Numbered from the stretch's first letter, positions 1 to 10,720 are shown. The stretch: DNA of 64,000 bases from an uncultured Gemmatimonadaceae bacterium (GCA_963790305.1 CAWBOC010000008.1:1-64000), one strand, 5' to 3'. The notes: a model not told the origin generated them from the letters alone. Made by a program: numbers and translations.

Positions 1-143
1 CCCAAGGCAGTGCGCCTTCGAATTGCGCGCCGATTTCTCGCCGCGTTCGGTCATCCCGAGACGCCGAAGCCCAGCGCAATGACCGGATTACTATTGACAA
101 CCGGGACGTGGCGTCTAATGCCTCTCTGTTTCGCGAGGAAACC

Positions 144-1971
144 ATGACGCACGCACCTCATACGAGGATCGTCGGAGTAGCGGGCGCCTGCTGTGCCGTG
201 CTCGCTGTTGTCGCGCCTGCGATCCATGGCCAGACGGCTGGGGACAGCCTCACCGGTATCTGGGTGAGCCACTCACGATTCCGGCCGGCGTCACCGGGCG
301 AGCTGCTTGTCGAGCGCCGCGGAGACTCGTGGCAGGCTACACTGGCGGACGCAAGAGCGCGCCCGGTGGTTCGAGGCGACAGCGTCCACATCGACTTTGG
401 CGCAGGCCGGTTTCGCGGAGCGCTGAGCAAGAACGGCGAGCTTTCCGGTTACTGGCTCCAACCATCCGGCGCGACCCCCGAGCGTCCCAGCCGAGTAGGC
501 TACCGTCAACCGTTCGCGACGAAGCTGGTGCTACCCGCGGTCGCAGCGGGCAGATGGCGCGGCACGGTGCGACAGGTCCCCGAGAGCTTCACGCTGTACC
601 TCAAGATCTATCGCGACACGGCCGGGCAGCTCGTTGGTGCGTTCCGCAATCACGATTTCAATTCGATCGGCGGCGCTTCGCTGTATCACGTCTCGCAGCG
701 CGCCGATTCCGTGTTCCTCACCTTGAAGTTCGACGAGAATCAGCCGGAGATACGGCATGCGGCCGTGCGCCTCCGCTCCCCCGATGCGCTGCGCTTGTTC
801 TGGGATGACGTGGGGACCGTGCTCACCTTGGAGCGCAAGTCGCCGGCCGAGGCGGCGAACTTCTTTCCCCGCCCGCCTGGACGTTCTCGGTATGTGTACC
901 GCCAGCCTCCCAGGCTCGCCGACGGCTGGACGACGGCCCGCGCGCGCAATGTCGGCATCAATGAGGCTGCGCTTACGCGCATGGTCCAGCAGATCATCGA
1001 CACCAACCCTGCTTTACGCGGCGCGCCCCTGATCCATTCCCTGCTCGTCGCGCACAAGGGCAAGCTGGTTCTGGAGGAGTACTTCTACGGGTACGACCGC
1101 GACACGCCACACGATCTGCGCTCCGCCGGAAAGACATTCGCGTCGGTCATGCTGGGCGGAGCGATGCGGAACGGCGCGCCGCTGTCTCCGCAAACGAAGG
1201 TGTACGAGTTGCTCGCCGGGCTGGGGCCCTTCGCCAATCCAGATCCGCGAAAGGCAGAGATTACGCTTGCGCATCTCGATGACGCACAGCTCGGGGCTGG
1301 CCTGCAATGACAACGACGAGAACTCACCCGGCAACGAGGACAAGCTCGACAATGTGAAGGGTGACTGGTGGAAGTACACGCTCGACCTGCCAATGGCGCA
1401 TCCACCAGGTACGCGCTACGCCTACTGCTCGGCGACCATGAGCCTCATGGGGGCGGCACTCACGCATGGCACGCGCACCTGGCTTCCAGAGCTCTTCGAC
1501 CGCACGGTTGCGCGACCGCTTCAATTCGGGCTGTACCACTGGAACCTGACGCCGACGGACGAGGGCCACCTTGCCGGCGGCTCGAGACTCCGTTCCCGGG
1601 ATTTTCTCAAGGTCGGGCAGGCATACCTCGATGGCGGTGTCTGGAACGGGCGCCGCATCGTGGATTCGTCGTGGGTAATAGAATCCACGCGGCCACAGAT
1701 TCAGATCTCCGAGAAGACCACCGGCCTCAGCGCCGAGGATTTTGGCAACAGCTACGGTGGTGGTGGCGCCGACGGTTACGCCTGGCATCTCGGCCGCAGC
1801 CAGTACTCAGCCGGCGGCAATGGCGGTCAGATCCTGATGGTGGCCCCCGAACACCAGCTCGTCGTGGTCTTCACAGGCGCCAATTTTCGGCAGGGCTGGA
1901 TCTGGACACGCTGGGAAGACGCTTTCGTTGGACGTCAAATCATCCCGGCAATCGCTACCCCCCCGCGTTAG
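144..1971 (+). CDS. Secreted serine hydrolase, beta-lactamase class C family (frameshift near 1270, probably a sequencing error)
   Basis: ORFs 108-1310 and 1267-1971 join; signal peptide; SxxK (RSAGKT), YAY and GGNGGQ motifs. Confidence 0.85.
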
Positions 1972-2050
1972 CCTTTGAATCGGCGTGCCAATTTCGAGAG
2001 ACGGACGCGCGCGTCGCGTATCAGCGTTAGACGGCGTGCGACTGCGACTC

Positions 2051-2635
2051 ATGAAGCGGTGGCTGTTCAACCTCGGGGCTGCGCTCTCGCTGCTGCTGTC
2101 GCTCGCGGCCGCTGCGGCATGGGCGATGAGCTACGCGCGGCCGCCCGAGTGGCGTCTGCTCGGGATCGCACACTCAGCGGACTTGACGCGGGTGAACCGG
2201 GAACGGCGCACGGTGCTTTTCACGACGGCGCCAAACTGGTCGAAAGCTCCACACTACGGGTTTTGGGACGCGTGGTGGGCGCTGAGCCAGTCCGGGCGAC
2301 TCACCTTGCTCGCGCAGACCGTCGACTACGACGGCACATTGCGCCGTGTATACGCGTCGCCGCCGTCGTTGATCGTCGACCTGCCGGGCCAGGCGCGCCT
2401 GCAGGCCGTAGTCTTCGGGCGCATGTCCGACTCTCAGCCGTGGGCGAGTCGGCTGGGGTTCGCATTGCACTCAGACGCGCAGCTGGTCGACGACGGCGAC
2501 GAGGTCGGCGGGCCCGTCAGCGCGCGCGGGCGGATGGTGACGTTGCCCTACTGGTTCATTGTCCTACTCGGCTTGCCGATGCCGCTGCTGTGGCTGCGAG
2601 TTACCCGGCGCCGCCGCTACACTTCCCTGCCGTAG
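2051..2635 (+). CDS. Hypothetical membrane protein, probable decayed gene cassette
   Basis: N- and C-terminal hydrophobic helices; GTTAGAC core just upstream (2026-2032); attC relic downstream. Confidence 0.6.
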   Translation: MKRWLFNLGAALSLLLSLAAAAAWAMSYARPPEWRLLGIAHSADLTRVNRERRTVLFTTAPNWSKAPHYGFWDAWWALSQSGRLTLLAQTVDYDGTLRRVYASPPSLIVDLPGQARLQAVVFGRMSDSQPWASRLGFALHSDAQLVDDGDEVGGPVSARGRMVTLPYWFIVLLGLPMPLLWLRVTRRRRYTSLP

Positions 2636-2708
2636 CCCGGCGATTGGCGGCCGCCGGTTCTACTTCTTCCGTTGAGCCCGACGGGCGTGTTGACGGCGGG
2701 CGTTATGC
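2629..2708 (+). mobile_element. Degenerate attC-like site
   Basis: Ends GTTGACGGCGGGCGTTATGC, like the right end of the intact sites (CAGTTGAACGCGGCGTTAGGC); left end decayed. Confidence 0.4.
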
Positions 2709-2975
2709 CGACGACCTAGTTCATTGCAGAAGCTGGCAACATCACACCACCGCACGTCGCCGTGTTCTGCTCGCGCTCCGCGCGCCCCGAGTCTCCGTTG
2801 CCTGCGGTCTCCCTGGTGTTAGCCCAGTGTCGGCGACAAGGATCTCTCTGCCTTCATGAAGCGCTAATCACAGTGTAATCCGCACACCGTATCGGCCCGC
2901 GCTGGCGGCACAAATATTCGGCGCATGGAACGTCCCGCTCGCATCAGGCGGCCAGCGACCACGTCTCGCTTCGTC

Positions 2976-3443
2976 ATGCCCCAAAGCGAGTCGCGCGTGG
3001 TCCTGTGGGTCACGCGCGTCCTGATCGCGCTCGCCTGCGTGCACGTTGTCCTGTCCTGTTGGAGCACCTACCGACGCATCTGGCAGATACAGCGTATCGA
3101 GCTGCGCGTGTCGTCGCCGGTGCTCACTCCCGGGGTTACGGTGTCCTATGACGTGATCACGTCGGGCGAGACGCGGAACCGCATTCTACTCGAGCTCGAG
3201 CAAGCGGGGCACTCGGAGACGTTGATGGAGCAGCGCGCGCGACAGAATGCGGTGAGCGCGTACGATCCGCGTCTTTTCCGCTACACGCCCACCGTCGTGA
3301 TCACCCCGGAGCTGCTTGCGCCATTCGTCCCCGGACCCGCGACGCTCCGTCTCACCGCGTTCGGCGGTCAGAAGCTATTACGTACGCCGCCGCCTCGCGT
3401 GCGTGAGCTTCAGGTCACCGTGACACCCGGTAGTACGCACTGA
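2976..3443 (+). CDS. Hypothetical protein with N-terminal membrane anchor
   Basis: Part of ORF 2925-3443; hydrophobic N-terminus; GCATAAC at 3457-3463 just downstream. Confidence 0.55.
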   Translation: MPQSESRVVLWVTRVLIALACVHVVLSCWSTYRRIWQIQRIELRVSSPVLTPGVTVSYDVITSGETRNRILLELEQAGHSETLMEQRARQNAVSAYDPRLFRYTPTVVITPELLAPFVPGPATLRLTAFGGQKLLRTPPPRVRELQVTVTPGSTH

Positions 3444-3568
3444 TCATGGGAGGTTCGCATAACGCGACCAACCCCCCCTTGCCGTGTACGGGCCGCGCGC
3501 GCCCTGCCGCGTCAATCACCATTCGGTTCCCTCGTCGAGCGGAGTGTCGGTGGCCTCGTCGCACTGTT

Positions 3569-5317
3569 CTAGCGTCGGCGCTGCGTCGCCCGCCAGGCCT
3601 GGAACTCGTCGACGGCATTCAGTTGCCGCAGAATCTTCGACGATGGATCGACCGTGACCCCCGCTCGCGCGCTCGCAGGCGTCTCGCCCATGCCATTCGT
3701 CATTGGCAGCGTGACGATCGTGCCATCGACACGCACGTCGAGCGGCATGGGGAAAGGCAGATTGCCAGGCACCTCCCAGCGGACCTTGAGCATTCCGTTC
3801 TCTCGCGTCGTGACCACCTTCGGCAGTGCGGCCTGGTAGAAATAGACATCGAAGAACCACTTGTAGTCCTTGCCGGTGACGCGATTCACGATCTGTAGGA
3901 AGCCCTGCGTGGTGCCGAACTGCGGCGTGAAGTTGCCTGGCCGCGGATCGGGCCGGCCGTAGACCAGCGTGCGGATCGACGTGAAGAACGCTTCGTCGCC
4001 AATCAGCCTGCGGAGCGTGTGCGCGACCCAGCTGCCCTTCGGGTAGATGTCGCCGCGCGGGCCGCCCGAGTCTGCGTACACCTCTTTCTCCGAACGCTCT
4101 CGCCCCGAAACAAGCGGCTGTTCGTTGCGAATGGTGTTTCGCTGCGACCGCAACTGCGCCATGTAGTCGAGCTCGCCACCCAGGTACTCCGCGATCAACG
4201 GCTGCGCGTACGTGCCGAGTCCTTCGTGCAGCCAGAGATCATCGTAGTTCGCGTTGGACAGCTGGTTGCCGAACCACTCGTGCGCGAACTCGTGATTGAG
4301 CAGCCAGTCCCATCCGAACTCGGTCTTGGTATACGCACCGCTGTGCCCGATCAGCGTCTGGTTCTCGAGTCCGGAGAATGGTACGCGAATCACCCCCATC
4401 TTCTGATCCGCCCACGGATAGGGTCCAATCACGTTCTCCCAGAATTCGAGCGTCTGCGGAAATTCGGCGAACAGGTCGGCCGCTTCCTTCTCCTCTCCGG
4501 GGATGTAGTACAGGCGCATGGGAATCATGTTGCCGAAGCGGCTCTTGTAGTCGCCTTCCAGCACCTTGTACGGCCCGACATTGAGCACCGACCCATAGGT
4601 ATGGATGCTCCGTGCGTGCCAGTTCCACGTCGTCCAGCCATCCTTCTCGATCTTGTTGACGAGAGCGCCGTTGCCCGGCGCCATCAGGCCCGTCGGTACC
4701 GTGTAGTGAAGGTCTGTGGTCGCCGGCTTCAGCATCGGGTGATCGAGGCACGGGTACAGCAGGTCGCAGCCGCCGCCCCACAGCGATGTGTCGATCCACG
4801 GATACTTGCCATCGGGTGTGGTCGTCCACGTCGTTCCGCCTTCCCACGGCGGACGCTTTGCCAGCGGCGGCGTGCCCGAATAGACAACCTGCATCTTGAA
4901 CTTCGCGCCGGCCGCGAACGGCGACGCCAGTGTGATGCGGAGCTGGCCTTCGGGGTTGGAATAACGGGATGGCGGGATCACTTTGCCATCGATGGAGATC
5001 GCGGCAATCGTGTACTTGGGATGGAGATCCAGGATCACCGTACGAATGGGCGCCTTCGTCGTGAGGCTCAGCGTCGTCACGCCCTCGATGCGCTTCTCGG
5101 CCGGGAACACCTTGAGCGCATGATCGAGATGATCGAAGACGAGCGCCATCTGCTCGGCCGGCATAGGGCCGCCCTGCTTGCGGGTGTGCTCGGTAATGAA
5201 CTTCGGGTCATTGCGGTCGGTGATAGACGGGGTCCCCTGGCGCTGAGCGTGCAGCGTGGAAACCTGCGCCAGCAATGCCACACCGTACAGCATCGCCTTG
5301 CTGATCGCGCTTCGCAT
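3569..5317 (-). CDS. M1 family zinc aminopeptidase, secreted
   Basis: Signal peptide; GLEN; HEFAH plus downstream WLHEG; YPKG. Confidence 0.92.
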   Translation of the reverse strand: MRSAISKAMLYGVALLAQVSTLHAQRQGTPSITDRNDPKFITEHTRKQGGPMPAEQMALVFDHLDHALKVFPAEKRIEGVTTLSLTTKAPIRTVILDLHPKYTIAAISIDGKVIPPSRYSNPEGQLRITLASPFAAGAKFKMQVVYSGTPPLAKRPPWEGGTTWTTTPDGKYPWIDTSLWGGGCDLLYPCLDHPMLKPATTDLHYTVPTGLMAPGNGALVNKIEKDGWTTWNWHARSIHTYGSVLNVGPYKVLEGDYKSRFGNMIPMRLYYIPGEEKEAADLFAEFPQTLEFWENVIGPYPWADQKMGVIRVPFSGLENQTLIGHSGAYTKTEFGWDWLLNHEFAHEWFGNQLSNANYDDLWLHEGLGTYAQPLIAEYLGGELDYMAQLRSQRNTIRNEQPLVSGRERSEKEVYADSGGPRGDIYPKGSWVAHTLRRLIGDEAFFTSIRTLVYGRPDPRPGNFTPQFGTTQGFLQIVNRVTGKDYKWFFDVYFYQAALPKVVTTRENGMLKVRWEVPGNLPFPMPLDVRVDGTIVTLPMTNGMGETPASARAGVTVDPSSKILRQLNAVDEFQAWRATQRRR

Positions 5318-5362
5318 CTTGCATCTCCCAGTTCGATCATCAACGTGCGCTGGTCGACAGCA

Positions 5363-5437
5363 TACCTGACCAGGCGGAAGCCTGTCAAACCGGCGCGTTC
5401 GGTCTCACGGAAGCCATCGCAACTCGGCGTATAGCGG
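5363..5437 (+). mobile_element. Highly degenerate attC-like relic
   Basis: TCACGGAAGCCATCGC resembles the internal TCTATGGTAGCCATCGC of the 13900 site; CGGCGTATAGC resembles a decayed core. Confidence 0.3.
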
Positions 5438-5449
5438 ACAACCAATCCT

Positions 5450-5989
5450 ATGTTCTTCTGGCATATCGAGGCCCTTAAGGCTCAGCTTCGCGAAGGTCCG
5501 CTCGCCCAACCTTCCGCGTTCGCGTACCTCTTCGTCGCCTTCTTCCTGATGAGCGCCGTCATGGGCATCCCCGGCCTGTGGAACGCCGCGACCAGCCCTA
5601 CCACCCCCTGGGCCTGGGTCACCTACGTGGTCACGGTCGCCCTCTTTACCGGAGGGACGTATGCCGCCTATCGCGCCAACGGAGGTCCTCAGGGAATCGA
5701 CTTTGTCGCCCGCTATCTCGCCCTCGGGTGGGTCCTCACGATCCGTCTCTTTGTACTGGTCTTCCTCCCACTGCTCCTGCTTGTCCTGGTAGCGGTCGCC
5801 GTGGTAGCCGTGACGCAAGCGGACGCTGCGTCCCCCGCCGCCGCGTCCGAAGAGTTGCCACTCGACTGGCTCGTCGAGATCGCCATCATGGTGTTCGTCG
5901 CCATCTTCTATTGGCGTTTCGTACACCATTTTCGCGAGGTCGCGATGCGGCCAGCGACGACGGCAGGCATCCATTCGCCTGCCGCATAA
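5450..5989 (+). CDS. Hypothetical multi-pass membrane protein (gene cassette)
   Basis: About four hydrophobic helices; TAA stop lies inside the attC inverse core GCATAAC. Confidence 0.8.
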   Translation: MFFWHIEALKAQLREGPLAQPSAFAYLFVAFFLMSAVMGIPGLWNAATSPTTPWAWVTYVVTVALFTGGTYAAYRANGGPQGIDFVARYLALGWVLTIRLFVLVFLPLLLLVLVAVAVVAVTQADAASPAAASEELPLDWLVEIAIMVFVAIFYWRFVHHFREVAMRPATTAGIHSPAA

Positions 5990-6024
5990 CTAGCTGTCGC
6001 ACCTGACGAGCGCGAAGGTTATGG
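5984..6024 (+). mobile_element. Short (41 bp) attC-like site
   Basis: GCATAACTAGCTGTCGCACCTG...GTTATGG; left motif shared with the 12687, 13214 and 13900 sites. Confidence 0.6.
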
Positions 6025-6455
6025 ACTTGAGAGAAGGCTTTCAGCTCGAGCATCCCGATGTGTTCGTGCCGTGGACGGTGAGCGAGGCAGGGCTCCGAGC
6101 CCTCCTCCTCCCGCATGGCCTTCGTAAGGTCACTACGGGTTACTTCACCATCTCTTGCAGTTCGCTCAAGGGTCTCCAGCATGAGCTCGGATTCCACTTT
6201 GAGCCACGTGGTGGCGACCACCTCGATGAGCTGGAATTCTTTCGTCGCGCCTATCCCGACAATGCGGCCTCGTTCCGAAATTTCCAGGAGCACCTGGAGC
6301 GGAGTTTCGGGCCGCCGACACACTCTCGCGACGGGACAGCCGGCTTTGCGTCGTACGAGTGGCATGTCCCGGGGGCGGAGGTCATTCACTTCGTCCACGA
6401 TCGCTTCGGTCTCGAGGAGCATGTGCGGATCAGGCGCCGGTCGCATGACGCATGA
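6021..6455 (+). CDS. Hypothetical protein (gene cassette)
   Basis: Starts in the attC core; TGA stop within GCATGAC of the next attC-like site. Confidence 0.75.
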   Translation: MDLREGFQLEHPDVFVPWTVSEAGLRALLLPHGLRKVTTGYFTISCSSLKGLQHELGFHFEPRGGDHLDELEFFRRAYPDNAASFRNFQEHLERSFGPPTHSRDGTAGFASYEWHVPGAEVIHFVHDRFGLEEHVRIRRRSHDA

Positions 6456-6509
6456 CTAGCTGCTGCAACCGCCGGCGACGCGATCGCCGTTTGAGTTCGA
6501 ACGTGAGCG
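6450..6509 (+). mobile_element. Degenerate attC-like site
   Basis: GCATGACTAGCTGCTGCAACCG left motif, internal CGGCGA..TCGCCG hairpin, decayed core GTGAGCG. Confidence 0.55.
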
Positions 6510-6515
6510 AGAGCG

Positions 6516-6962
6516 ATGAGTGATCGCGTTCCCGTCGTAGAAGACGAGATCCTGAATCGCGCAGCGTTCGACGCGGTTTTCGGAGGCTGGTCAAGCTTTC
6601 ACGATGCGATGGTCGTCGCGGTCCGGCTTGGCGCGGACGGCCCGCATGCGCCCACTGTCGAGGCCGACTTCGACCTCCCGACGGAATTCGAGCAGCAAAG
6701 TGATGGCGCCATGCGTCCCGTCGGGCTTCAGCGCGTTACACTCCAGTTCCACCGAGTGGCGCAGGTGTCGCTCGACGAGTTTTTTCCCACCAACTGGGTC
6801 GGCCAGCTCCACCTCTCGCGCGTCGATCCCGCGCTCCACGAGGGACGCTCACTCCGAGTCACGGTGGAAGGGATTGCCGGGGTTGGCTGCAACCTTGATC
6901 TCGTCTGTCACGCTATCGCGGTGGCGGCGATTACCGATCCAGATTCCCCGGCGGCGGAATAA
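6516..6962 (+). CDS. Imm50-like immunity-family protein (gene cassette)
   Basis: FGGWSSFHDAMVVAVRL matches the FGxWPSFHDAEV-type N-terminus recalled for Imm50; stop inside GAATAAC. Confidence 0.6.
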   Translation: MSDRVPVVEDEILNRAAFDAVFGGWSSFHDAMVVAVRLGADGPHAPTVEADFDLPTEFEQQSDGAMRPVGLQRVTLQFHRVAQVSLDEFFPTNWVGQLHLSRVDPALHEGRSLRVTVEGIAGVGCNLDLVCHAIAVAAITDPDSPAAE

Positions 6963-7040
6963 CAAGCCGTTGCAACTGGCGGGCGCGTGTCTATACACAC
7001 CCGCGGAACCTGAGTCCGCAGCACCGCTCGGCCTTAGCGC
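6957..7040 (+). mobile_element. Degenerate attC-like site
   Basis: GAATAACAAGCCGTTGCAACTGGCGGGCGCG left arm; right end decayed. Confidence 0.55.
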
Positions 7041-7100
7041 CCTTCACTCTGGCACGGCCCGCGCCGAGTGCGTAAGATCGCCTGGCCACTGACCGATACC

Positions 7101-7208
7101 ATGAGCGCCCACGCCCTCGAGCGCCTGAGATCTGCCCTCGCCGACCGCTACGCCATCGAACGCGAGCTCGGAAGCGGCGCGATGGCGTGGCAACATAGCA
7201 TGACGTGA
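7101..7208 (+). pseudogene. N-terminal relic of a Ser/Thr protein kinase
   Basis: MSAHALERLRSALADRYAIERELGSGAMA, compare ALADRYEIECELAHGGMA in the intact kinase at 18309-20432; then an abrupt stop. Confidence 0.7.
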
Positions 7209-7245
7209 GCATTGCGATGCTCCGCGTTTGACCGCACGTTGGGGC

Positions 7246-8805
7246 ATGCTCCTCCGCAGCGTCGCCATCCTCTTCTGGCTCAGCGCCACGATTTCGCGAG
7301 CGGCATACGCTCAGAAGCTCGGCACGATCTCATTCCCAAACTCCGGTGCCGCCGCGGGCCAGGCGCCATTCAGTCGCGGCGTCCTGCTGCTTCACAGCTT
7401 TCAGTACGACGAAGCAGCCGTTGCATTTCGTGAGGCACAGAGCGCAGACCGCGATTTTGCCCTCGCGTACGCCGGGGAGGCGTTGACCTACACGCATCCC
7501 GTATGGAACGAACAGGACAGCTCCGCGGCGCGGGCAGTGCTCATGCGTCTCGCGCCGAGCGCGTCGGTGCGGCGCGAGAAAGCGAAAACGAGTCGCGAAA
7601 AGATGTACATGGACGCCGTCGAGGCATTGTACGGCTCGGGAACGAAGCCCAAACGGGATACGCTCTTTGCCGCCGCGATCGAGCGCATCGTGGCCGAGCA
7701 TCCGGAGGATGACGAGGCGAAGGTGTTTCTCGCGCTCGCGCTCCTCGGGCTCAATCAAGGCGAGCGCGACGTGCCGACCTACATACGCGCTGGCGCGATC
7801 GCCGAGGAGGTTCTCCGTCGGAATCCGGAGCATCCGGGAGCTGCCCATTTCGTCATTCACGCGTTCGACGACCCCGTTCATGCACCGTTAGGCCTCTGGG
7901 CCGCCCGCGCGTACTCCAGGATCGCGCCAGGAGCACTGCACGCGCAGCACATGACGACGCACATCTTCCTCGCGATGGGCATGTGGGACGATGTCGTCGC
8001 GCAAAATGTCATCGCGTCGGGACCTCAGCATGAGCGCTGGCGGGCGGGGCACGCCACTTCATGGCTCGGCTACGGATATCTCCAGCAGGCTCGCTTCGAT
8101 GAGGCGCGCAAGCATCTCCAGCACCTCCGGGCGAATGCCGGCGCCTCGATGCGCCCCGGGGAGAAGTTCCATCTTCCATGGATGCGAGCCGCCTACCTGA
8201 TCGAAAGCGAACGCTGGACGGATTCGGTTGCAGGCTGGTCCTTTGCGCCGATCGAGGCCCCGGCGCTGCGCGCCGTCGATGCCTTTGCGACGGGCTTCGC
8301 CGCACTCAGAGCGGGTGACCGCGCGCGTGCCGAACGAGTGGCCGCCGAGCTGACGCGCGAACGCACGACCGAGTCCGGCGGCTTCGGGCTGAGCAATCCA
8401 GCCGTGATTCGCATCTTTGCCGCCGAGATGCGTGCGGCCTTGCTCGCCGCTGACGGACGCACCGACGATGCGATCGCCTCCATCCGTGCTGCGACGCATA
8501 TGGAAGACTCGCTTCCGGTGGAGTTTGGACCGCCCGCGGTCGTGAAGCCAACGCACGAGCTTGCTGGCGAGATTCTCCTTGCGGCAGGTCGCTTTCCGGA
8601 AGCGCAGCGCGAGTTCACGCGGGCACTCGAGTTGGCACCAGGCCGGTCGAGGTCGCTACTTGGGCTTGCCCGAGCGGCGTCCCGCGCTGGGGATCAGGCG
8701 GTTGCCATGCGGGCCGCACGCGACCTGCTGCGCAACTGGCACTCCGCCGACAAGGGCCTGGTCGAGCGCGCCGATGTAGAGCGCCTCGTCGCCGAGCGCC
8801 AGTAA
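7246..8805 (+). CDS. Secreted tetratricopeptide-repeat protein
   Basis: Signal peptide; HPGAAHFVIHAFD, HAQHMTTHIF and C-terminal TPR-like helices. Confidence 0.8.
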   Translation: MLLRSVAILFWLSATISRAAYAQKLGTISFPNSGAAAGQAPFSRGVLLLHSFQYDEAAVAFREAQSADRDFALAYAGEALTYTHPVWNEQDSSAARAVLMRLAPSASVRREKAKTSREKMYMDAVEALYGSGTKPKRDTLFAAAIERIVAEHPEDDEAKVFLALALLGLNQGERDVPTYIRAGAIAEEVLRRNPEHPGAAHFVIHAFDDPVHAPLGLWAARAYSRIAPGALHAQHMTTHIFLAMGMWDDVVAQNVIASGPQHERWRAGHATSWLGYGYLQQARFDEARKHLQHLRANAGASMRPGEKFHLPWMRAAYLIESERWTDSVAGWSFAPIEAPALRAVDAFATGFAALRAGDRARAERVAAELTRERTTESGGFGLSNPAVIRIFAAEMRAALLAADGRTDDAIASIRAATHMEDSLPVEFGPPAVVKPTHELAGEILLAAGRFPEAQREFTRALELAPGRSRSLLGLARAASRAGDQAVAMRAARDLLRNWHSADKGLVERADVERLVAERQ

Positions 8806-8840
8806 GCCAGCGCCGACATCGCGCGCCCCGCCTCGCCACC

Positions 8841-10121
8841 ATGGAGAACAATCCGGGCGAAGCCTCGATCTACTGCTTCGGCGAGTACGAGCTCGACACG
8901 CGGCTGCACGAGCTTCGCCGCGCCCGCGAACGCCTGCACATCGAGCCTCAGGTATTCGACGTGCTGGCGTATCTGTTCGCGTGTCGTGACAGAGTGGTGA
9001 CGAAAGAGGAGCTCCTCGACCGTGTTTGGGGCCATCGGTACGTGGCACCGACCACGTTGAACAGCCGCATCAAGCACGCGCGTCAGGCGGTCGGCGACGA
9101 TGGCGCCACTCAGCGCGTGATCCGCACCATACACGGGCTCGGTTTCCGCGTCGTCGCGAGCGTCGAGGAGCGCACCGGCGCGCCGATCTCAGGAACACCC
9201 CCACTCCAGCAACGCATCCAGTTTTGCACCGCGGCCGACGGCGTGAACATCGCCTACGCGACGAGCGGCGCTGGCCCGCCGCTGGTCAAGCCAGCCAACT
9301 GGATGACGCATCTGGAGTACGACTGGGAGAGCCCGGTCTGGCGCCATTGGATGCGCGAGCTGTCGCGTGAGCGGACGCTGGTTCGCTATGACGAGAGGGG
9401 GTGCGGACTTTCCGACCGCGACGTCGATGACCTCTCCTTCGAGACGTGGGTGCGCGATCTCGAGTCCGTCGTCGACACAATGGGACTCGAACGGTTCCCA
9501 CTCCTCGGGATCTCGCAGGGATGTGCGGTCGCGATCACCTATGCCGTGCGCCACCCCGAGCGGGTCACGCAGCTCGTGCTCTACGGTGGCTTCGCGGAGG
9601 GCATGATCACGCGGGCGCGGACCCCGCGGGAGCTCGAGGAGAACACGACCGTGATGCGCGCCATCCCGCTCGGCTGGGGACACGACAACCCCGCGTTCCG
9701 CATGTTCTTCGCGGCGAGATTCCTCCCCGAGGGCACACCCGAGCAGTTGCGCTGGTTCAGCGAGCTGCAGCGGGTCACCACGTCGCCGGAGACAGGCGCC
9801 CGACTGCTCTCGACCTCGTCGACGATCGACGTGACCACGATCGCGCCCCAGGTGCGAGCTCCGACGCTCGTGCTCCACGCGACGGGCGATGCCGTCGCGC
9901 CCTTCGATCAAGGGCGCAAGGTCGCGTCGCTCATACCCGGCGCGCGTTTTGTCCCGCTCGAGGGCAAGAACCACATTCTGCTCGAGTCCGAGCCGGCGTG
10001 GACGCGCTTCGTCGACGAGGTAGGCCGTTTCCTGCGCAGCGGCGCCGACGCTCCGCTCACACCAGGATCGACATCACCGCCACGACGATCAGCGCGACGG
10101 CCCAAAGGACGTTCACGTTGA
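8841..10121 (+). CDS. Transcriptional regulator: OmpR/CadC-type winged helix fused to an alpha/beta hydrolase domain
   Basis: EPQVFDVLAYL...RTIHGLGFR wHTH; YDERGCG, GISQG, GKNH hydrolase motifs. Confidence 0.88.
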   Translation: MENNPGEASIYCFGEYELDTRLHELRRARERLHIEPQVFDVLAYLFACRDRVVTKEELLDRVWGHRYVAPTTLNSRIKHARQAVGDDGATQRVIRTIHGLGFRVVASVEERTGAPISGTPPLQQRIQFCTAADGVNIAYATSGAGPPLVKPANWMTHLEYDWESPVWRHWMRELSRERTLVRYDERGCGLSDRDVDDLSFETWVRDLESVVDTMGLERFPLLGISQGCAVAITYAVRHPERVTQLVLYGGFAEGMITRARTPRELEENTTVMRAIPLGWGHDNPAFRMFFAARFLPEGTPEQLRWFSELQRVTTSPETGARLLSTSSTIDVTTIAPQVRAPTLVLHATGDAVAPFDQGRKVASLIPGARFVPLEGKNHILLESEPAWTRFVDEVGRFLRSGADAPLTPGSTSPPRRSARRPKGRSR

Positions 10122-10720
10122 TCCACGCTCGGCGCAGGATGCGCAGTCCCACCTTCTCGTACACGACCACCGCGAGGGCAGCCGTCACCGCGAGGTAGCC
10201 GAGGGTGTGTATGAGCGCCGCCATCACACCGATCGGGTCCACGGCGTTGATTCCCGCCGTCACAGCTTGGTGGTGATGGAGCACGGCCGACGGCCGCGAC
10301 GCGGCAGCGCCGAACATGAACGGAAGCACCATGAGGCCGGCGCCGTGGACGGACGCCATGAGAAAGGACCAGGTAGCGAGCTCGCGTGCATTCACCCGCA
10401 TGCCGCCGAGCCTAACGTGGCGATGGCGGACGAGCCCATCGACGCCCACGGCAAGCAGAGCCGCGGCGACGATCCATCGCAGCCAGCGCATTCGGGAGCA
10501 TTTGTCCCAGCGCCATCGCGAGGAACACGGCCACGGCGACCGCGACGGCGTGACCGAGCGCGAGCGGACCGAGCGCGCGCCATACCGCGCGCCGGTCCCG
10601 CTCCTGCAGCCCCCGGCCCACCGCGAACAGCCACCCCATCGCGGGATTGATTCCGTGTACGGCGCCGAGGGCAAGCAGCGAGAGCCAGGGCAGCGACGAC
10701 CAGCCGGCGTCGGCCATCAT
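10057..10720 (-). CDS. Membrane protein coupled to the SBP56 gene (frameshift near 10490)
   Basis: ORFs 10412-10720 and 10057-10674 join; LGAVHGINPAMGW and SVHGAG His motifs; several TM helices; ATGA overlap with upstream gene. Confidence 0.75.

Noticed and set aside
3457..3520. attC after ORF 2976-3443
   Set aside because: GCATAAC is present but no L boxes or matching core follow.
4019..5434. Long antisense ORFs (also 47719-49062, 48857-50437, 60238-61371, 62612-63862)
   Set aside because: Shadow frames of real genes in high-GC DNA; Arg-rich, with no recognisable motifs.
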